This document shows, in pieces, positions 49,921-62,785 of a stretch of DNA of 64,000 bases. Both the position numbers and the translations under genes were made by a program. The notes under the pieces are model-generated. The model saw nothing but the letters and a program-made list of their open reading frames with translations, made no database searches and had not been told where the DNA came from. The DNA comes from Lytechinus pictus. Lineage: Eukaryota. Each line of letters starts with the position of its first letter. The stretch's first letter is position 1. Location of the stretch: the NCBI RefSeq assembly GCF_037042905.1, contig NC_087246.1:55738001-55802000 (forward strand), in the 5' to 3' direction.

Positions 49921-50113
49921 CAGGCACAGATACAGAGTCAGATTTTAACGGGGTGCGATTTGGTCCGAAAAATTTGACAAGCAAAAAAAAAGGTTATTGC
50001 TCATTTTACAGGTGCACAATGAAGAATTTCTATGGGGTTCACCACTACATTTTCAAATTTTAATAATAGGGCGCGCCTGCAACTTCTGCCACCCCGGCCT
50101 GGATCTGCGCCTG
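49921..50113. mobile_element. Short CAGGC...GCCTG MITE with 5-bp TSD (gttac)
   Basis: caggcacagatacag vs reverse complement caggcgcagatccag; gttac at 49916-49920 and 50114-50118. Confidence 0.75.
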
Positions 50114-51984
50114 GTTACATTTACCCCCTGTCATCTGCCTTCAAATGGATAAAGCAAGCCATATAGTATATCATCTAAATAGCATTATGAATATGATGCT
50201 ATTTTGGGTCTAATAACATGATGCACAAAATAATATGACATACAAAATACAAGCATTTAGGTTATGACCCTCTTTCCATTTCCTTTGCGCAAACTGTATA
50301 AAAAAAAATTAATATTGAGCTCTAATTCAGGCATCAATCTTTATGAAGTTGGTGTGAAAGAATGATTTTTGATAAACGGGGCCATTTGTATTAGATCAAA
50401 ACAAAAGAAATAAAGGGAGGAGAGACAAAGATAGAAACAGAGACAGAAGGTGAGAGGTTGATGGTTTCCGTCGCCTGGCTCCATGCCTATTTATTGATAA
50501 TTGTAGGCATTAATGGGAGCAGGAAGGAATGGGTGATTAAGCAAGTATTTAATTCCTTTTTTTGAATTCTATTGAGGATTCTCTTCACCTCATTTATCCA
50601 ATTGGGAGGTCCGTTCACATATCATGGCTAATAATCTTGTATGATCGTGGTTTGTACACATATATGTGCCACTATCGCAAATTCTTCTCATTATGCATGT
50701 AATTTTAAATGTTTATATTTGTTTTAAGTTGTCGTTACTGACAGTCAGATTGTTATTGGACTTATGAAATAGGCCTACATGTACATGTAGGTTTAGGGTA
50801 TGTTAACTTCTTTTCATTATCATACCAAGTTTAAATTTCAAAACTTTAATTGTTTACATACAAGTAGATAAATGAGATATTAAATTGTGAATTGGCAAAA
50901 AATATTTGTGAGAGCTCATTGATTAATTCAATCACCATAAATGATACTTTGAACAAGGGTCCCATATGATTTGAGCAAAGTTCCATATGATAAATCAGAT
51001 AAATCAAAAAATTTCCATTCAATGATTTGTCTCCAGTACTGACTGCAAACCAGTCTCTGTGTCTTCACCCATATCTGATTTTCAAAAAAATTGTGTTCCT
51101 GATCGACAAATGTGAACTGGCTCATACTGGAGTGCGTCTTGTTCTGCTCCATTTGATCGTATTGACCACAGAGAGATTAATAGTGTATGAAATCACAGCA
51201 GAAGTCAACATTCATTTATTTGTGTTTTGGAAGAACTTAAAAACTCCCCCTTTTTTCAGTCCGTCATTGTTACAGCACCCACAGTTATCTAAGCTGGTAT
51301 AATCGACCCTTTCATCCACAATTACAAGCAGAATAGAAGAAATTAAAAGGAGGACAAAGTGGGTAGCCTGAATGGTCGGATGCTGGTTGTCATGGTTTTT
51401 GCATGGCTAGCCCTGTGTGCCAGGATGTACAACAAAAATAATCAGAAAGAAAGGGCACTGCAGGTGACTGAACATCCAATTACCATTATCTTTTTATCCC
51501 ATAATGAGCCCTGAAAAACACATATTGATCTTTTCATCCCCCTTCCTCTTCCTTTCTTCTCTCTACCACTGCACTCATAATTTGTTTATCTGCCGTGCAT
51601 TTACTTTTGATTGAACACTAAATAAATTTAGAGTTATGTCTTTGGAGGATAATTTCAACTCATTCACCCCTCTCCAAAATATAATCGAAGGGTCTTCTTC
51701 AAATGCACAAAACTTAATATAATTGAGAATGGTCAACGCAATTTCAGATCCGATGATACCTTATTGTTATAGTGATTGGCTCCTCCTATTGATGCTATGT
51801 CCTTCACCTTCCATTTTAACTTCCCATAATCTTTCCTGTTAAATTTCTTTCCTCTCTCTCCAACTTTCCAATAATTTTTTTCCCAAACTGGTATCACTGA
51901 TTTTTCTTTGTATTTCTTTTTCTCAAGAAACTTCATTCCAGTGTCACAAGTGGTAAATGGTCGTGATTTTGACCTGATTGCTAA

Positions 51985-52125
51985 GAAAGCATGAATGCTT
52001 GCAAGCAAGCAAACAGAGGACAGACATCTTAAGGTCCTCTCCGAGGGACCTGGTAATGAGGATACATGCCTTTTCAAAAGGCACTAGCGCACCAAGTGGG
52101 ACTCAAACCCAGGTCACCGTAATCT
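51985..52125 (-). mobile_element. tRNA-SINE remnant (Deu-domain-like core)
   Basis: Minus strand: B-box-like gggtttgagtccc, then gtccctcggagaggaccttaag, similar to the conserved central domain of deuterostome SINEs (from memory). Confidence 0.55.
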
Positions 52126-52501
52126 TCTGACTGGTCACTGCTGCATATATTTTGTGATAGATTACAAACAATTATAGTTATGGGTCCCAAACATAATATG
52201 ATTTGCAGTTTTTTTTTTTTTTTTTGGGGGGGGGGGGGAAGGGGGGTAGTTTTTACTAGAGTTTTAACGCAAAATAAATAGACTGAATTGAATTGAAAAA
52301 ATACCTAATTGCTATCTATAGGAAGACCAAAATATTTGAATAATAAGGGTGTTCAAAAGAACATCATAAAATAAGAGTATTCCAATACCTTCATTAGATG
52401 TACATAAAATGATGGCTTTGAACATTGAAGATAGGTTATCCTCACACTATCCTCCACTCCAAAATACTGCAACTCTAAGATAATCCTATGATCATACTTA
52501 C

Positions 52502-52822
52502 ACTAACAACAGAATGTTGGTCCACCGGTCCTGTATAGATAGGTGCTGAAATGGTAGGTCTAGGACTACCTGATCCTTTGGGCTTTGGACTGCTCCTTCC
52601 ACTCCCCGATGATCCATTCTGAGCCGAACTGTGATCATGTGACTTCTTTTTCCTTCTGGTGGGTGCAACAGGCTGGGTCTCTGTCTCCATGGGTTGTTCC
52701 GGAGCCGGTGGCGGCCATGACGGTTTGGGAGCACGCGACTGTGCAGACCGGATGATGACATGTTTGGGTTCTATCCATTCCCGATAGAAGTATTCATTCT
52801 TAAGGACCAGGAGCTTCTCGCC
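52502..52822 (-). CDS. sowah: Sowah-like gene, internal exon A (107 aa: GEKLLVLKNEYFYREW...PVDQHSVVS)
   Basis: Minus strand: polypyrimidine tract + ttcacacag|GGC acceptor, AGT|gtaagt donor, 321 nt, phase 0/0, open frame. GEKLLVLK resembles the GVKFVVLRKK end of the SOWAH N-terminal domain (recalled from memory). The rest is Pro/Ser-rich with a basic RRKKK patch. Confidence 0.85.
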
Positions 52823-53577
52823 CTGTGTGAAAAAAAAGAAGAAACAATAAATATTCAAAATCAATGTATAAAAGACAGAGAAAACTGTGCTTACATGTAA
52901 ATATTTATGCCATTAAGTCAAGTTTGTACTCTTTAATTATCTTAAATACTTTCTAAAATATTTTCTAAACTGGCAATACATCTAGATTCCTAGCTTGTAA
53001 TAGTAACATGTTCAAACATACATGTCTGAAAATTTAATATTGAAATTTGGTATGACAAAACAAACAAACACAGGAAACCATAGACCAAAATAATCTCGTA
53101 GAAAATATGAATTTGAAAATTCCACATCTAACCAGTTATGCCAAGAATGTTTCCCTAATCCTTGTATAATACATATTGGTTAATGACTTCAGATATGATT
53201 TCTTGAATAGTGAAAATGGTATGATTTTGGAGGCCTTTGCTTCATCAGTTCCCTTAAATAGCAACGGAGCAGCTGTTTAGGTTGCGGTTTGGATCATGGT
53301 CAGAAAGTTAAGGTGGATGGTAGTGGTAGCAGTGGCTAGTGCGTAAGGGGAAATCCACCAGGATTTATTCTTGTTTCTCCCTAAAAAGTTCCAATCTCCT
53401 CACTTAATCATGTCTAACCTTAGCTGGAGGGAGATTAATGTACTTATTTAATGAGCTTGAGTAGTTCAGGTTTAGTAATATTGTGGTAAATTGTGCTAGA
53501 AAGGGGGTTTGCTGGAACAAGTGCATGTTATGAACATTCTTTCTTATTTCTTTCTTCATTTTTTTCTCATTTAAGTC

Positions 53578-54318
53578 ACCCTATCCCGGTGGGGGGGGGG
53601 GGCTTTTTTATTACCTCCCCTCATCATTTTTCGTGATAAACCTCTAACGTGAAAAGATTGCGCCGCGACATTTCATGACTTTTTTCCCTTTAAGTCTTGT
53701 GCAACTTTTAAGACCAAATTCATGATGCAGAGATGTGCAGTTCTGAAGTTACATAACACTTTGTAAATGCATACATGTCACATCCAAAATTGCTCAAAAA
53801 CGTGATTTCCTGTCAAACTCCAATGCAAATTGTGTCTGTAGGCAAAATTCATAAATGTATCATTATTTTTAATTATAAAACTTTCAACAGCAATGGATTT
53901 CACATCATTAAAGACTGAAAAGTGTTGCTGACAATTTCCATTGAAAAACGTAAAAGTCAAAAACAAAAAAATACATAAGTTTTAAAAACAACAAAATACA
54001 TATGAAAATATAATATTGCCATCTTTTAATATATATGTGATAATAAATTTAAGAAATGTCCAGACCAAAATGTAGCAGTTTTGGGACTTTTTTTTAAAAT
54101 TTACAATAAAGTTATGATATCACGCATTAATTAGCATAATTAAAATTTGAATAATTTTGGTACAATTGACAATTCAATTGTGGAGATTACGTCATGGGTG
54201 ATGTGCGTGCCAAATTCTGTTGCGATCGTGCAAGCAACAGCCGAGATCTGAGGGGGGCTCTTTTTGCCCCCCCCCCCCGAACTATGCAATTTAAAAATAG
54301 CCAGGACTATAGGGTTAA
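53578..54318. mobile_element. piggyBac-like non-autonomous element (CCC...GGG|TTAA)
   Basis: Left accctatcccggt(g)n (TSD degraded), right ccaggactataggg|ttaa; subterminal G/C runs. Confidence 0.6.
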
Positions 54319-56629
54319 GTATGTTCAGATGTGATATCTTTTAATAGCACTGATGACACAAAAATAGTAATATACATTAAAGTGGGGCTTCAGTTATTTC
54401 CTTCCCATGGGTTAAGATTAATTCTTCTTCAAATCCTTGGTCCATATGTATTTATTTTTCCTATTTTTGTCATTATTTTATACATTCAATTATTTATCAA
54501 TATGTGGTTCACAAAAATTTTACAAAGACAATGCCCTTTTTTTATATCAAGTGAATGTACAACTGTACTTTCATCTAGCAATCTTTCATAAGGAGACGAT
54601 TATATTCATGACCTCACATTTTACAAAGACGCAAGCCAATATGAAATGCATGTTCCTCAGAAAACGTACAAATATGGCCAACATAGGACAGTTGCTCTAC
54701 TGCCCACCCTCGCAGTCTCGTCCAAAGAAATTAGTAAAAGGAACAGAATGTAGAGTCTGCAACCATCGATTAGATCAAATATGGAATATCCTGTTCTACT
54801 AATCTTCAAGACAAACGTTACACATGTAAAACTGGTTTTTTCTTTTCCTCCAGACCCGTCACTTTCCATTTTCCCTTGCGTTCCGGCAAAGGCTTGTCCA
54901 AGCAGAGGGTGCTAACGTCCATAGGGTGGAGTCCAAACGGAACTGTCTTTAAGAGTGACAAATCCTTTGACACTTGTAACAGATCAGTTTGGGATTGCTT
55001 ATTATCAATATGGTGTGTTCATACTTAAGCTTATTCATACTACATAACTTTGTTTAAGATGTTACATTTATGATTAGAAAATATTAACTTTATGTTAGAA
55101 TAGATCTATAGAAGAGGAAACAATTCTCAAACAAAGAGGGCAATAGATTTCATTGCAATCAATCAGGAATTATCACAGATAATAAAAAAGGACTGAGAAA
55201 GTCCTATATTACAATTAGAGTAGCCTACTAACAAATTGTTTAGATTTAATTTAACCAAGTTTGCGCTGCAGTAACATTCAATAATACATGTGCGTACTCA
55301 GCTCAGTACTATGAGAGGCCGGAGTTCCAGATAAGGTTTCACTTACTTTTAATTAAGAGAAGCAAGTGATCACAGTAAATCAATAACTTTCAAAATTCTT
55401 TACGAATTGTATCCATACTATAAAAAGTCAAATTAGCTAGATATCAAAGGAAATTACACAAAACTATGATGTCAAAAAATTCATAATCATTCAACAAAAA
55501 ATACCACCTTTGTGAAAGGGAACCATAGCCTGATCAAGAAAGTCCTTACTTCAACACAAAAATAAGGCTATTGTGCTAACAGAGAGAAAGAAAATTTGAT
55601 ACATACAGTATATGCTGTAGCAAATATCATAATAGTTTTTAACATGACTCATGATACACTCTTAAACTTCAAGAAGAATTGCATTTTTAACCCAATTCAA
55701 ATTGTTGTTGTATTTGCCCCTCTGTCTCTTAAAACAAAACCTCCAGGGAGGGTTTCAAATTCAGGACAAGAATGATACATGCATGAATCAGGATTTCTGG
55801 CATACTTGCAAAGTGAAGTCCGTTTCATTTTCAAGAGTGTGAACGTGGGTACAGTCCTGCCATGAGATCGCTGCTGGGCACAACATCACAACCCACGGAC
55901 CAAAGTCTCAGGGATACAAGCACTTTTGCCTCATTTGTAGGCTGTCGAAACTACTTAGGGAAACAAATGCTCCGCCAGAAGAGATTGCTAGACTTGTTGC
56001 GGGGGACCTGATCGGGCAACCAAACCCTGGATAGGATGTAAGCCCTTCCTTGTATCATCCTTAACAAATTACCTCGTAAAAGTCACACCAACAAACATTT
56101 TGATGTCAAAAGGATCAGAAACAGATGATTGTGGAGCAGTATTAGGGGGTCTAATTAAGTGTAGGAGGAATAGGAAGGGTGGAGAGTGTTTTCTGGCAAA
56201 AGTGACAAATTGCTTTCTATTTGTAACAACTTGTGATGAATATTAATCACCTCATCCTTCCATGTTGAACATGATCTCGATAAACATTTATGGAGCTCAT
56301 CTGATTGGCCACAATCCAAGAACTTTTTTTTTTTTCGTTAAAACCAAACTGATGTCAATCAACTATAGCATTTGGGAGATTGCATGACGAGAGAAAGAGA
56401 GAGCCTTTGCAGAGTTGGACTCTTTATTTTTTTCTGATCCCAACAGGAATGGTCAATGATCCCAACATGTACTTCCTTCTTTATCTATTATTCTTAAAAC
56501 TTGGGGAGACCCTTTGCTCATGTGTACCCCATACTTTTGAACAGACATCCTGAAGACAACCAAATTTGTATCTCTGTTGAGTTTTTCAAAACTGTTCCTA
56601 AAAACCTTTCTTTTTGCTTCTTAATTTCT

Positions 56630-56703
56630 TACGTGCCTTGAGCACTCTACAGGGAGGATTTGGCACTTTAAAAGTCATATGTAATATTATTATTATCATT
56701 ATT
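56630..56703 (+). mobile_element. L2/SINE 3' tail remnant
   Basis: gtgccttgagcactctacagggaggatttggcactttaaaagt...(att)n, similar to 27825-27883. Confidence 0.5.
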
Positions 56704-59124
56704 CCCTTTCTTTTCTTTTTTGTTCTTCAAAGTCTACTACCTTCATGGTTACTTTATGTGTAGATAGTAGAGAAGATGGAAATAGGAAAAAGAGAGGTTC
56801 ATGAACAGAATCCAACATACTTATTTGCCAATTACACTGCATAAACTTTTTTTTTTTAGATTGCATAAACTTGATAGTTGAATAAATGTTTTCATTTTGA
56901 GATTGCTGTAGTGTTTGCTGTTCTTCAAGGCAATATGCCTGTCCAAATATTAAATATGTTAAGTTTTCAAAACTTTCTAAAAAATATTTCTCCGGTTTGA
57001 TATACTAATACATGTATACACATAATTATGCTGTCCAACATGGAGATGGATTATCAAGTCCAGTTTTACCAGTAAAAACATGTATACATGTATATGACAT
57101 TATCAGGATCGTACATTTTGAAGCTATACACCAAATAAAACTAGGCAGTACAAAGATTTGATATACATGTATAGAGGAAATGGCTGAAGTAAAGACCTTG
57201 CAAATACATTTCCTGCTTTCAACTAAATCCATTTCAAATGTTTGTGTGGATCATCGCTTTGCATGTTTCTCATGGATGGAGAATGAAAAGAACATGTTAA
57301 TGTGATTGATCAATCACCTTTGATTGCTGAAAGAGCTGTCAAATCAAAGGGTTCCATTTCTTTCTATTCTGTTAGCAATCCCTGACGTGTACAAATTTGA
57401 AAAATTGCCGTGTTGAGCACTTCTGCGATCATAGAGAGAGAGGTCGGACACATGTTGGTGAGGGGTCTCTTTGCAGGGGGGCACGAACGTACATGCCAAC
57501 CATAAACGCCAATGTGTTGGGCTAATTTTTCTCCGTCAGGATTTTTGGCGGGATGTGACCGAACGGGAAGGGATGATCAATTGTTTTCTCCATCGCAGCA
57601 GGTGCGCATCTTAAGACCCTAAGAGTTCTGTTGGTCCCCTTGGTGGTGGCTCCTACCAAGGGGATGCCTATCCTGGATCCCTGGGTCTACAGGTGGTACA
57701 GACGTGAACAAACATAACATTGATCGATGGCTACCCGTATTGGCATTGGCTGCACAATGCAACTCCACAGATTGCATTTAATCTTGATTTCTCTTTCTTC
57801 AGATTACCAAAAAGTACAACTGGTACACGTTGTCCTCAGCCTCTCCCCCTCCCCAACCTTCCTTCTCTCTCTTTCTCTCCTTCTCAGGTAACGACTCTGA
57901 CCCATCTTCATCCTCACCTTACGTTCCACACCCTCTATTCTTCTAATTCATCATCCATTCTCTCTTCCGTGTTCATCTTTAATAGCAGTCACCCTTAATC
58001 GCATCTCAAACGGATCATACCATTTACCTCCTAAAAATTCCAGAAGGGCCCCAAAAAGAGAAACATTCCTACATGTGTACATGTTGAAAAAGTAATTCCC
58101 ACATCCCCCTCTGGTGTCTAAATGCATTTGTCGTATGTACACATGTATTTGCCTCAGCATCAATTGCACGGCACTTCATACTGATTGTTAAGGATGTTTA
58201 AAGGCACACACTAAGAAGACATTAAACTATTTCAACTTTTTTTTTCTTAGAATTTCTAAGAGAAAGGGGACTAAACATTTGCACTGGCTCTTTCATTGAT
58301 GTGAACAATATCTAATTTCAGGCCTTGCCAGTTTATTTGATTGTGCATTCATGTCATGAAGTTTTTCCCAAAGGCCTGAATGCTGAATTACATGTATCTT
58401 GGTTCATACATAAAATAAAGCCTCGACATTATACTATGTACATGTACTTGCATAAATATGATCTAAATTTAATTTCCTGTCTATAAGAAATCTCCTTTAC
58501 AATTACATATAAAAAAGGTTAACCCTATTAAACTGGATTTCACATACATTAAGCTCTACAGTAGGTGTTAAGTTGCAAGCTAAGTGCAATATGATATCTT
58601 TGAGAAATACAACTCCATTTAAATCTACACGTATCATCTAACTGGATCCCAAAGCCACAAATTAGCAGTCCTTCTGCCCCATGACTTTCCTTAATACTGA
58701 AGTATAATTACATGTAGCTCATATTCAGAGGCAAGATTTTTATTAAAAAAAAAAAAAACAGACTGGGTGATTTGAAGTTCAGGGATGACCTTTTGATGTT
58801 GATCTTGCGCTGTTTGTTAAAAGCAGCACAAGTCGCCCTAATCTGAAATAAAGTTAGTCCTGTGATGAACCACATTAAGTGTCAAGATATACATAATGTC
58901 ATTTGAATAATTTCTGTAAACCCAGATGAGGTGTAGGAGCTAGGAAGGCATTGTTAATTTTACTTCCAAAATCAACACAAAACTTGAAATAATGATAATG
59001 GTGTGAATTTATAATAGTGCACAAGCCGTCCTACCATGCGCTCAGCAAGTTTTCCTGGATATTAACAAGCTACAATATAACATCTAGATATTAATCTAAA
59101 ATAACCAAATTAATACAAAAATAA

Positions 59125-59325
59125 TAACAATAATGTCATATTTTACCCAGGGTAGCCACTTCAGTTTCGAAAACTGTTCTCCCAGCGGGCCCTGCTTCAC
59201 ACGATAATGTTATTATTACCCCGGCTTTAGCTCGGCTACCTTGATCGGGTGCTCGAACATTCAAGGTATTTCTTCCTACCAGATACCCATTCACCTCACC
59301 TGGGTTGAGTGCGGCACAAATAGCA
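59125..59325 (-). mobile_element. SINE 3' half
   Basis: Minus strand gccgcactcaacccaggtgaggtgaatgggtatc (common SINE core motif) ... agggcccgctgggagaacagttttcgaaactgaagtggctaccctgggtaaaata + (att)n tail. Confidence 0.75.
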
Positions 59326-59483
59326 AACATTAGCTAAAATTTTGCATCACTCGTTGGAATTCCTACATCCTAAAATCACCTAATATTCATTTTCTATCAT
59401 TTCACACTCGGTCAAAAAGTTCTACAACTTTTGAAGGTCATAAACCTGAAGACTACTGATTGTCTTATAGCTCAAAATATGCA

Positions 59484-59920
59484 TTAAGGCCACTGCATAC
59501 CGTACGACCCGACTGGTCTACGACTGATCTGCAACTGAGTGAAGGGAAATGTGAAGTTAAAGCTCTTGTCAGCTTGAGACCGGTCAGAGATAAATCGCAA
59601 AAAAATCGTAAGGATTTGACATGTTGAATCTTTACAACTAGGTCGCAAGCTCAATCCAACTTTCAGCCAATCAGACAGCAGAGTCGTGCTTAGACACCGA
59701 CACGTAGATTATGCAACTCCCATACGCAGTGGTAAGCATCATTTTCTCAGTTGATATGTCAAAAAGCAAAAAGCGTATGCGTGAGTCGCAGACTATAATG
59801 GTGGTCGGATCGCAAGGTGTGCGGTGTCCAGGCTTATCACTTCCTTGGAATTCAGCTCACCCCACTCAGTTGCAGACCAGTCGTAGACCAGTCTGGTCGT
59901 AAGGTGTGCGGTGGCCTTAA
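59484..59920. mobile_element. MITE with about 55-bp TIRs (GGCC ends, TTAA/TWA flanks)
   Basis: ttaaggccactgcataccgtacgacccgactggtctacgactgatctgcaactgagtg ... cactcagttgcagaccagtcgtagaccagtctggtcgtaaggtgtgcggtggccttaa; internal cagccaatcag. Confidence 0.92.
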
Positions 59921-60696
59921 CAGGTACCTAGCCCATTCATTTAACTTTATTGTGGGAGAATGCAAGTGCCCATCATGACAGTATACATTGCACCTGATTG
60001 TGATAAAAATTATTATTTTACCCTTTTTAATAATTTTATTTATTTGTTTATATGAAATGAACTTTACATCAGGCCAGGACTCGGGAACATTTCCTCTATA
60101 ATACTAAACCACTATCTAATACAACAGCATACATGTACATGGATATTATAACTAAAGAAATATCACTTTTATATAAAATTTCTATGATCAATGACCCCAA
60201 CAATGTGGGTGGTATATTTTCTGCTATTTTAAGAAAAGACTTATGTTAACCTACAGGAATATAACTATAACCCCACAGATAATAATAAACATTTCTGAAC
60301 TTCAAACTCAAATGCACAGATAAAAACATAGTAATCTGATTGCAATCCCCGAAGCTTTGTGGTTTACACATTTTATGACCATTTTGTTTGTTTGCTAGAG
60401 CTGCAGTGAACTCTCGAACGACATTTGAAAATGTTTCGTAAGCATTCATCCGCGTCCTACAAACGGAAAAAAGGAACATATTTGGCACGATGTGAAACCG
60501 TGAGACCAAGAGCACATCTGATTTTACGTAGCCAGAATCACAGACAACCAAACCCCTGGATAGCAATAAAAACATCCTGTCTAATCCGTTGATTATCGAT
60601 ACTGACTTTCAAGTTAGTAGTTCCAGATTTGGTGATGTCATCCAATGTACTTCACACTCCCGGTTGATGATGAAAGATTCTGTACTGTTTAGACAA

Positions 60697-60822
60697 GGGG
60701 GCATTTCATGAAACTAACAGTCAGTCCTTTTCACTGACAAATTTGCTACGAGCCAGTCAGATGTAAGGATTTCAATAGCTTATAACAGACAGTTAGTGAA
60801 AATCATGAATTATTTGTTCCGG
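60697..60822 (+). repeat. Remnant of a CCAAT-type MITE family
   Basis: Starts ggggcatttcatgaaac; similar to 46352-46455. Confidence 0.5.
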
Positions 60823-61139
60823 GAAAATTTCAAAAGACATAATATACATAACTAGGTTGGGTTGAACACTTTCAAGCTTATTCTTGACATTTTTGTAATT
60901 TCACAAGATAATTTGTTTCAAAGTTTCTCATTTATTGATTATCTTTACAAGAAAATCCAGATTGCTGAATATTGCACGCATGTATAATGTGTTTTACAGT
61001 GGAGACATATGACCATGATTTTCGGATATCCTTTCATTTCATATGACAATTATGTTAACTTTGAAAAGGAATTAGTGTTGTATTCAAGATCAGACAATCC
61101 GAGACCAAGAGCAAGACCAGACACCCCAAGACCAGCATA

Positions 61140-61542
61140 TTAAAGATAAATGAAAGTAGTTGCAGTAAACACTGATTTCACGAGAAAGTCAGTAAAACCA
61201 GGCTTTATTGTCACTATATCATCGAGGATCTAGATCTGGTACAGTTACATAAACTGAACTTTGTGAAATCTTGAAATCTACGCTGAAATATGTTCACACT
61301 GAAGATCACCAACACAGATAAGCGCACATGGGACAGTGTATTATTATTGCTTTGAATGTTGGCCCGACGCTTGACCCGAATCCCGTGCTTATTTGCTAAT
61401 TTCTCAGCAATTACACAATTTCTTCCAGAATCCTTTGGCACATGTTTTTTATTTAAACAAACAGACACTTTGGTGGTCATTTCATTGGATTCTGTATGAA
61501 CTCATTTTGAAATCGTCACTACAAACTGGTATTTATCTTTAA
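61140..61542. mobile_element. TTAA-flanked MITE with short TIRs (Kolobok/T2-like, a separate family)
   Basis: ttaa|agataaat ... atttatct|ttaa; subterminal gtagttgcagtaaac vs gtcactacaaactgg pair weakly. Confidence 0.7.
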
Positions 61543-61911
61543 TTGGGCACGAAGACAAAACCGTTTACGTAAGCCTGCACTGAATTTTTAAGGTACGACG
61601 AGCATGTGCTGACAGCAACAACAACTTACTCTAGCTCGATCATACATGAGCGCGCTCTGCATGCATTGACAGCATCATTTTATACTACACTGGGCTAGTT
61701 GGGGCCCTTACACATTGCGCAGCACATGCATGATTGATAGCAGTTCTTTGAATGTTGCAAACTAATACTCTGTGTATACGCACGTACGTACGTACTTCTG
61801 CATCTTGCGGCAACGCCAAGCTGCTACAATCAGGCAGGTGACTGACCAGGGCACGGTAGAGATGATTGCGACTGTTGAGATTTATGTGCAAAACGATTAT
61901 TTTACTAGCTG

Positions 61912-62520
61912 CTCGGGGGGGGCCACTTACATTGACGAGTGGATACCATGTGCGACCCAAAAAAAATGCAAAAAGGAGGTCTTTTTCAATATAGGGCACG
62001 TTACGTACGTAATGTAATAAGGGTGTCAAAAACACTAAAATAATGAAAAAAGGTATCTATTTTTTATAGAAAGCTACGTGTTTAGGGTCAAATTTGCGAT
62101 GGTATCAAACATTAAGACTAAATTGTTTTATAAAGGATGTACTTTTTGCCCCAAGAGTCAACACTACGTGTTTAGAGTCCCGGTTTAGAGTACGATTGCG
62201 CGAGGTGTGGGAGCGGTTGGGGCTGTACTAAACCCAACGATGTAGGTAAAGGTAAACCCAACGACCGACGTCTGTGACATAACAATTAAAATATCGCTGT
62301 ACTTGTTTAGGGGTTCAATTCAGGGAATACTTGCCAAGAGTATCGTTTTGTTTTCATTACTTGTTAAGGGTAGTGTTTCACACGCCAATACTTGTTAAGG
62401 GGTGCATTTTCAGAATATGGAAAATACGTGTTTAGGGTGCTTTTCGAGACCCCATGGTCGCGCATGGTATCCACTCGTCAATGGAAGTGGCCCCCCTACC
62501 GCCACCCCCCCCCCCCCAGG
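61912..62520. mobile_element. Non-autonomous DNA transposon, about 40-bp TIRs behind poly-G/C ends, 8-bp TSD actagctg
   Basis: ggggggccacttacattgacgagtggataccatgtgcgacc / ggtcgcgcatggtatccactcgtcaatggaagtggcccccc; actagctg at 61904-61911 and 62521-62528; internal tacgtgtttagg repeats. Confidence 0.92.
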
Positions 62521-62562
62521 ACTAGCTGGTCTCATGCTGGTCTTGGCCAAAAAATCAGAGAC

Positions 62563-62785
62563 CAGGGGGGCGTTTCATCAAACAATTCGTCGGTGGTTTT
62601 CTCCGACTAATTTTGATTTTCACCGACTAATTTCATTTTCACCGACAATTTTGCCATCACCGACTAAATTCCATTTCATGAAAATTTGTCGGTGATTTTC
62701 TCCGTCAAATTATTGGAAACCACCGACTAATTTTGTCGGTGGCCTTTACCTACCGACAAAACTCATTTTCACCGACTAATCAGCC
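62563..62785 (+). mobile_element. Left end of a Harbinger-like element with an array of caccgac(t/a)aa subrepeats
   Basis: The start cagggggcgtttcatcaaac matches the 18746-type TIR; about 10 ccgac/gtcgg units in both orientations; right TIR not found. Confidence 0.6.

Noticed and set aside
60380-60456. Possible upstream Sowah exon (…RMNAYETFSNVVREFTAALANKQN)
   Set aside because: Good acceptor, but the only donor is weak and phase 1 (exon A needs phase 0), and similarity to the SOWAH N-terminal domain is unconvincing.
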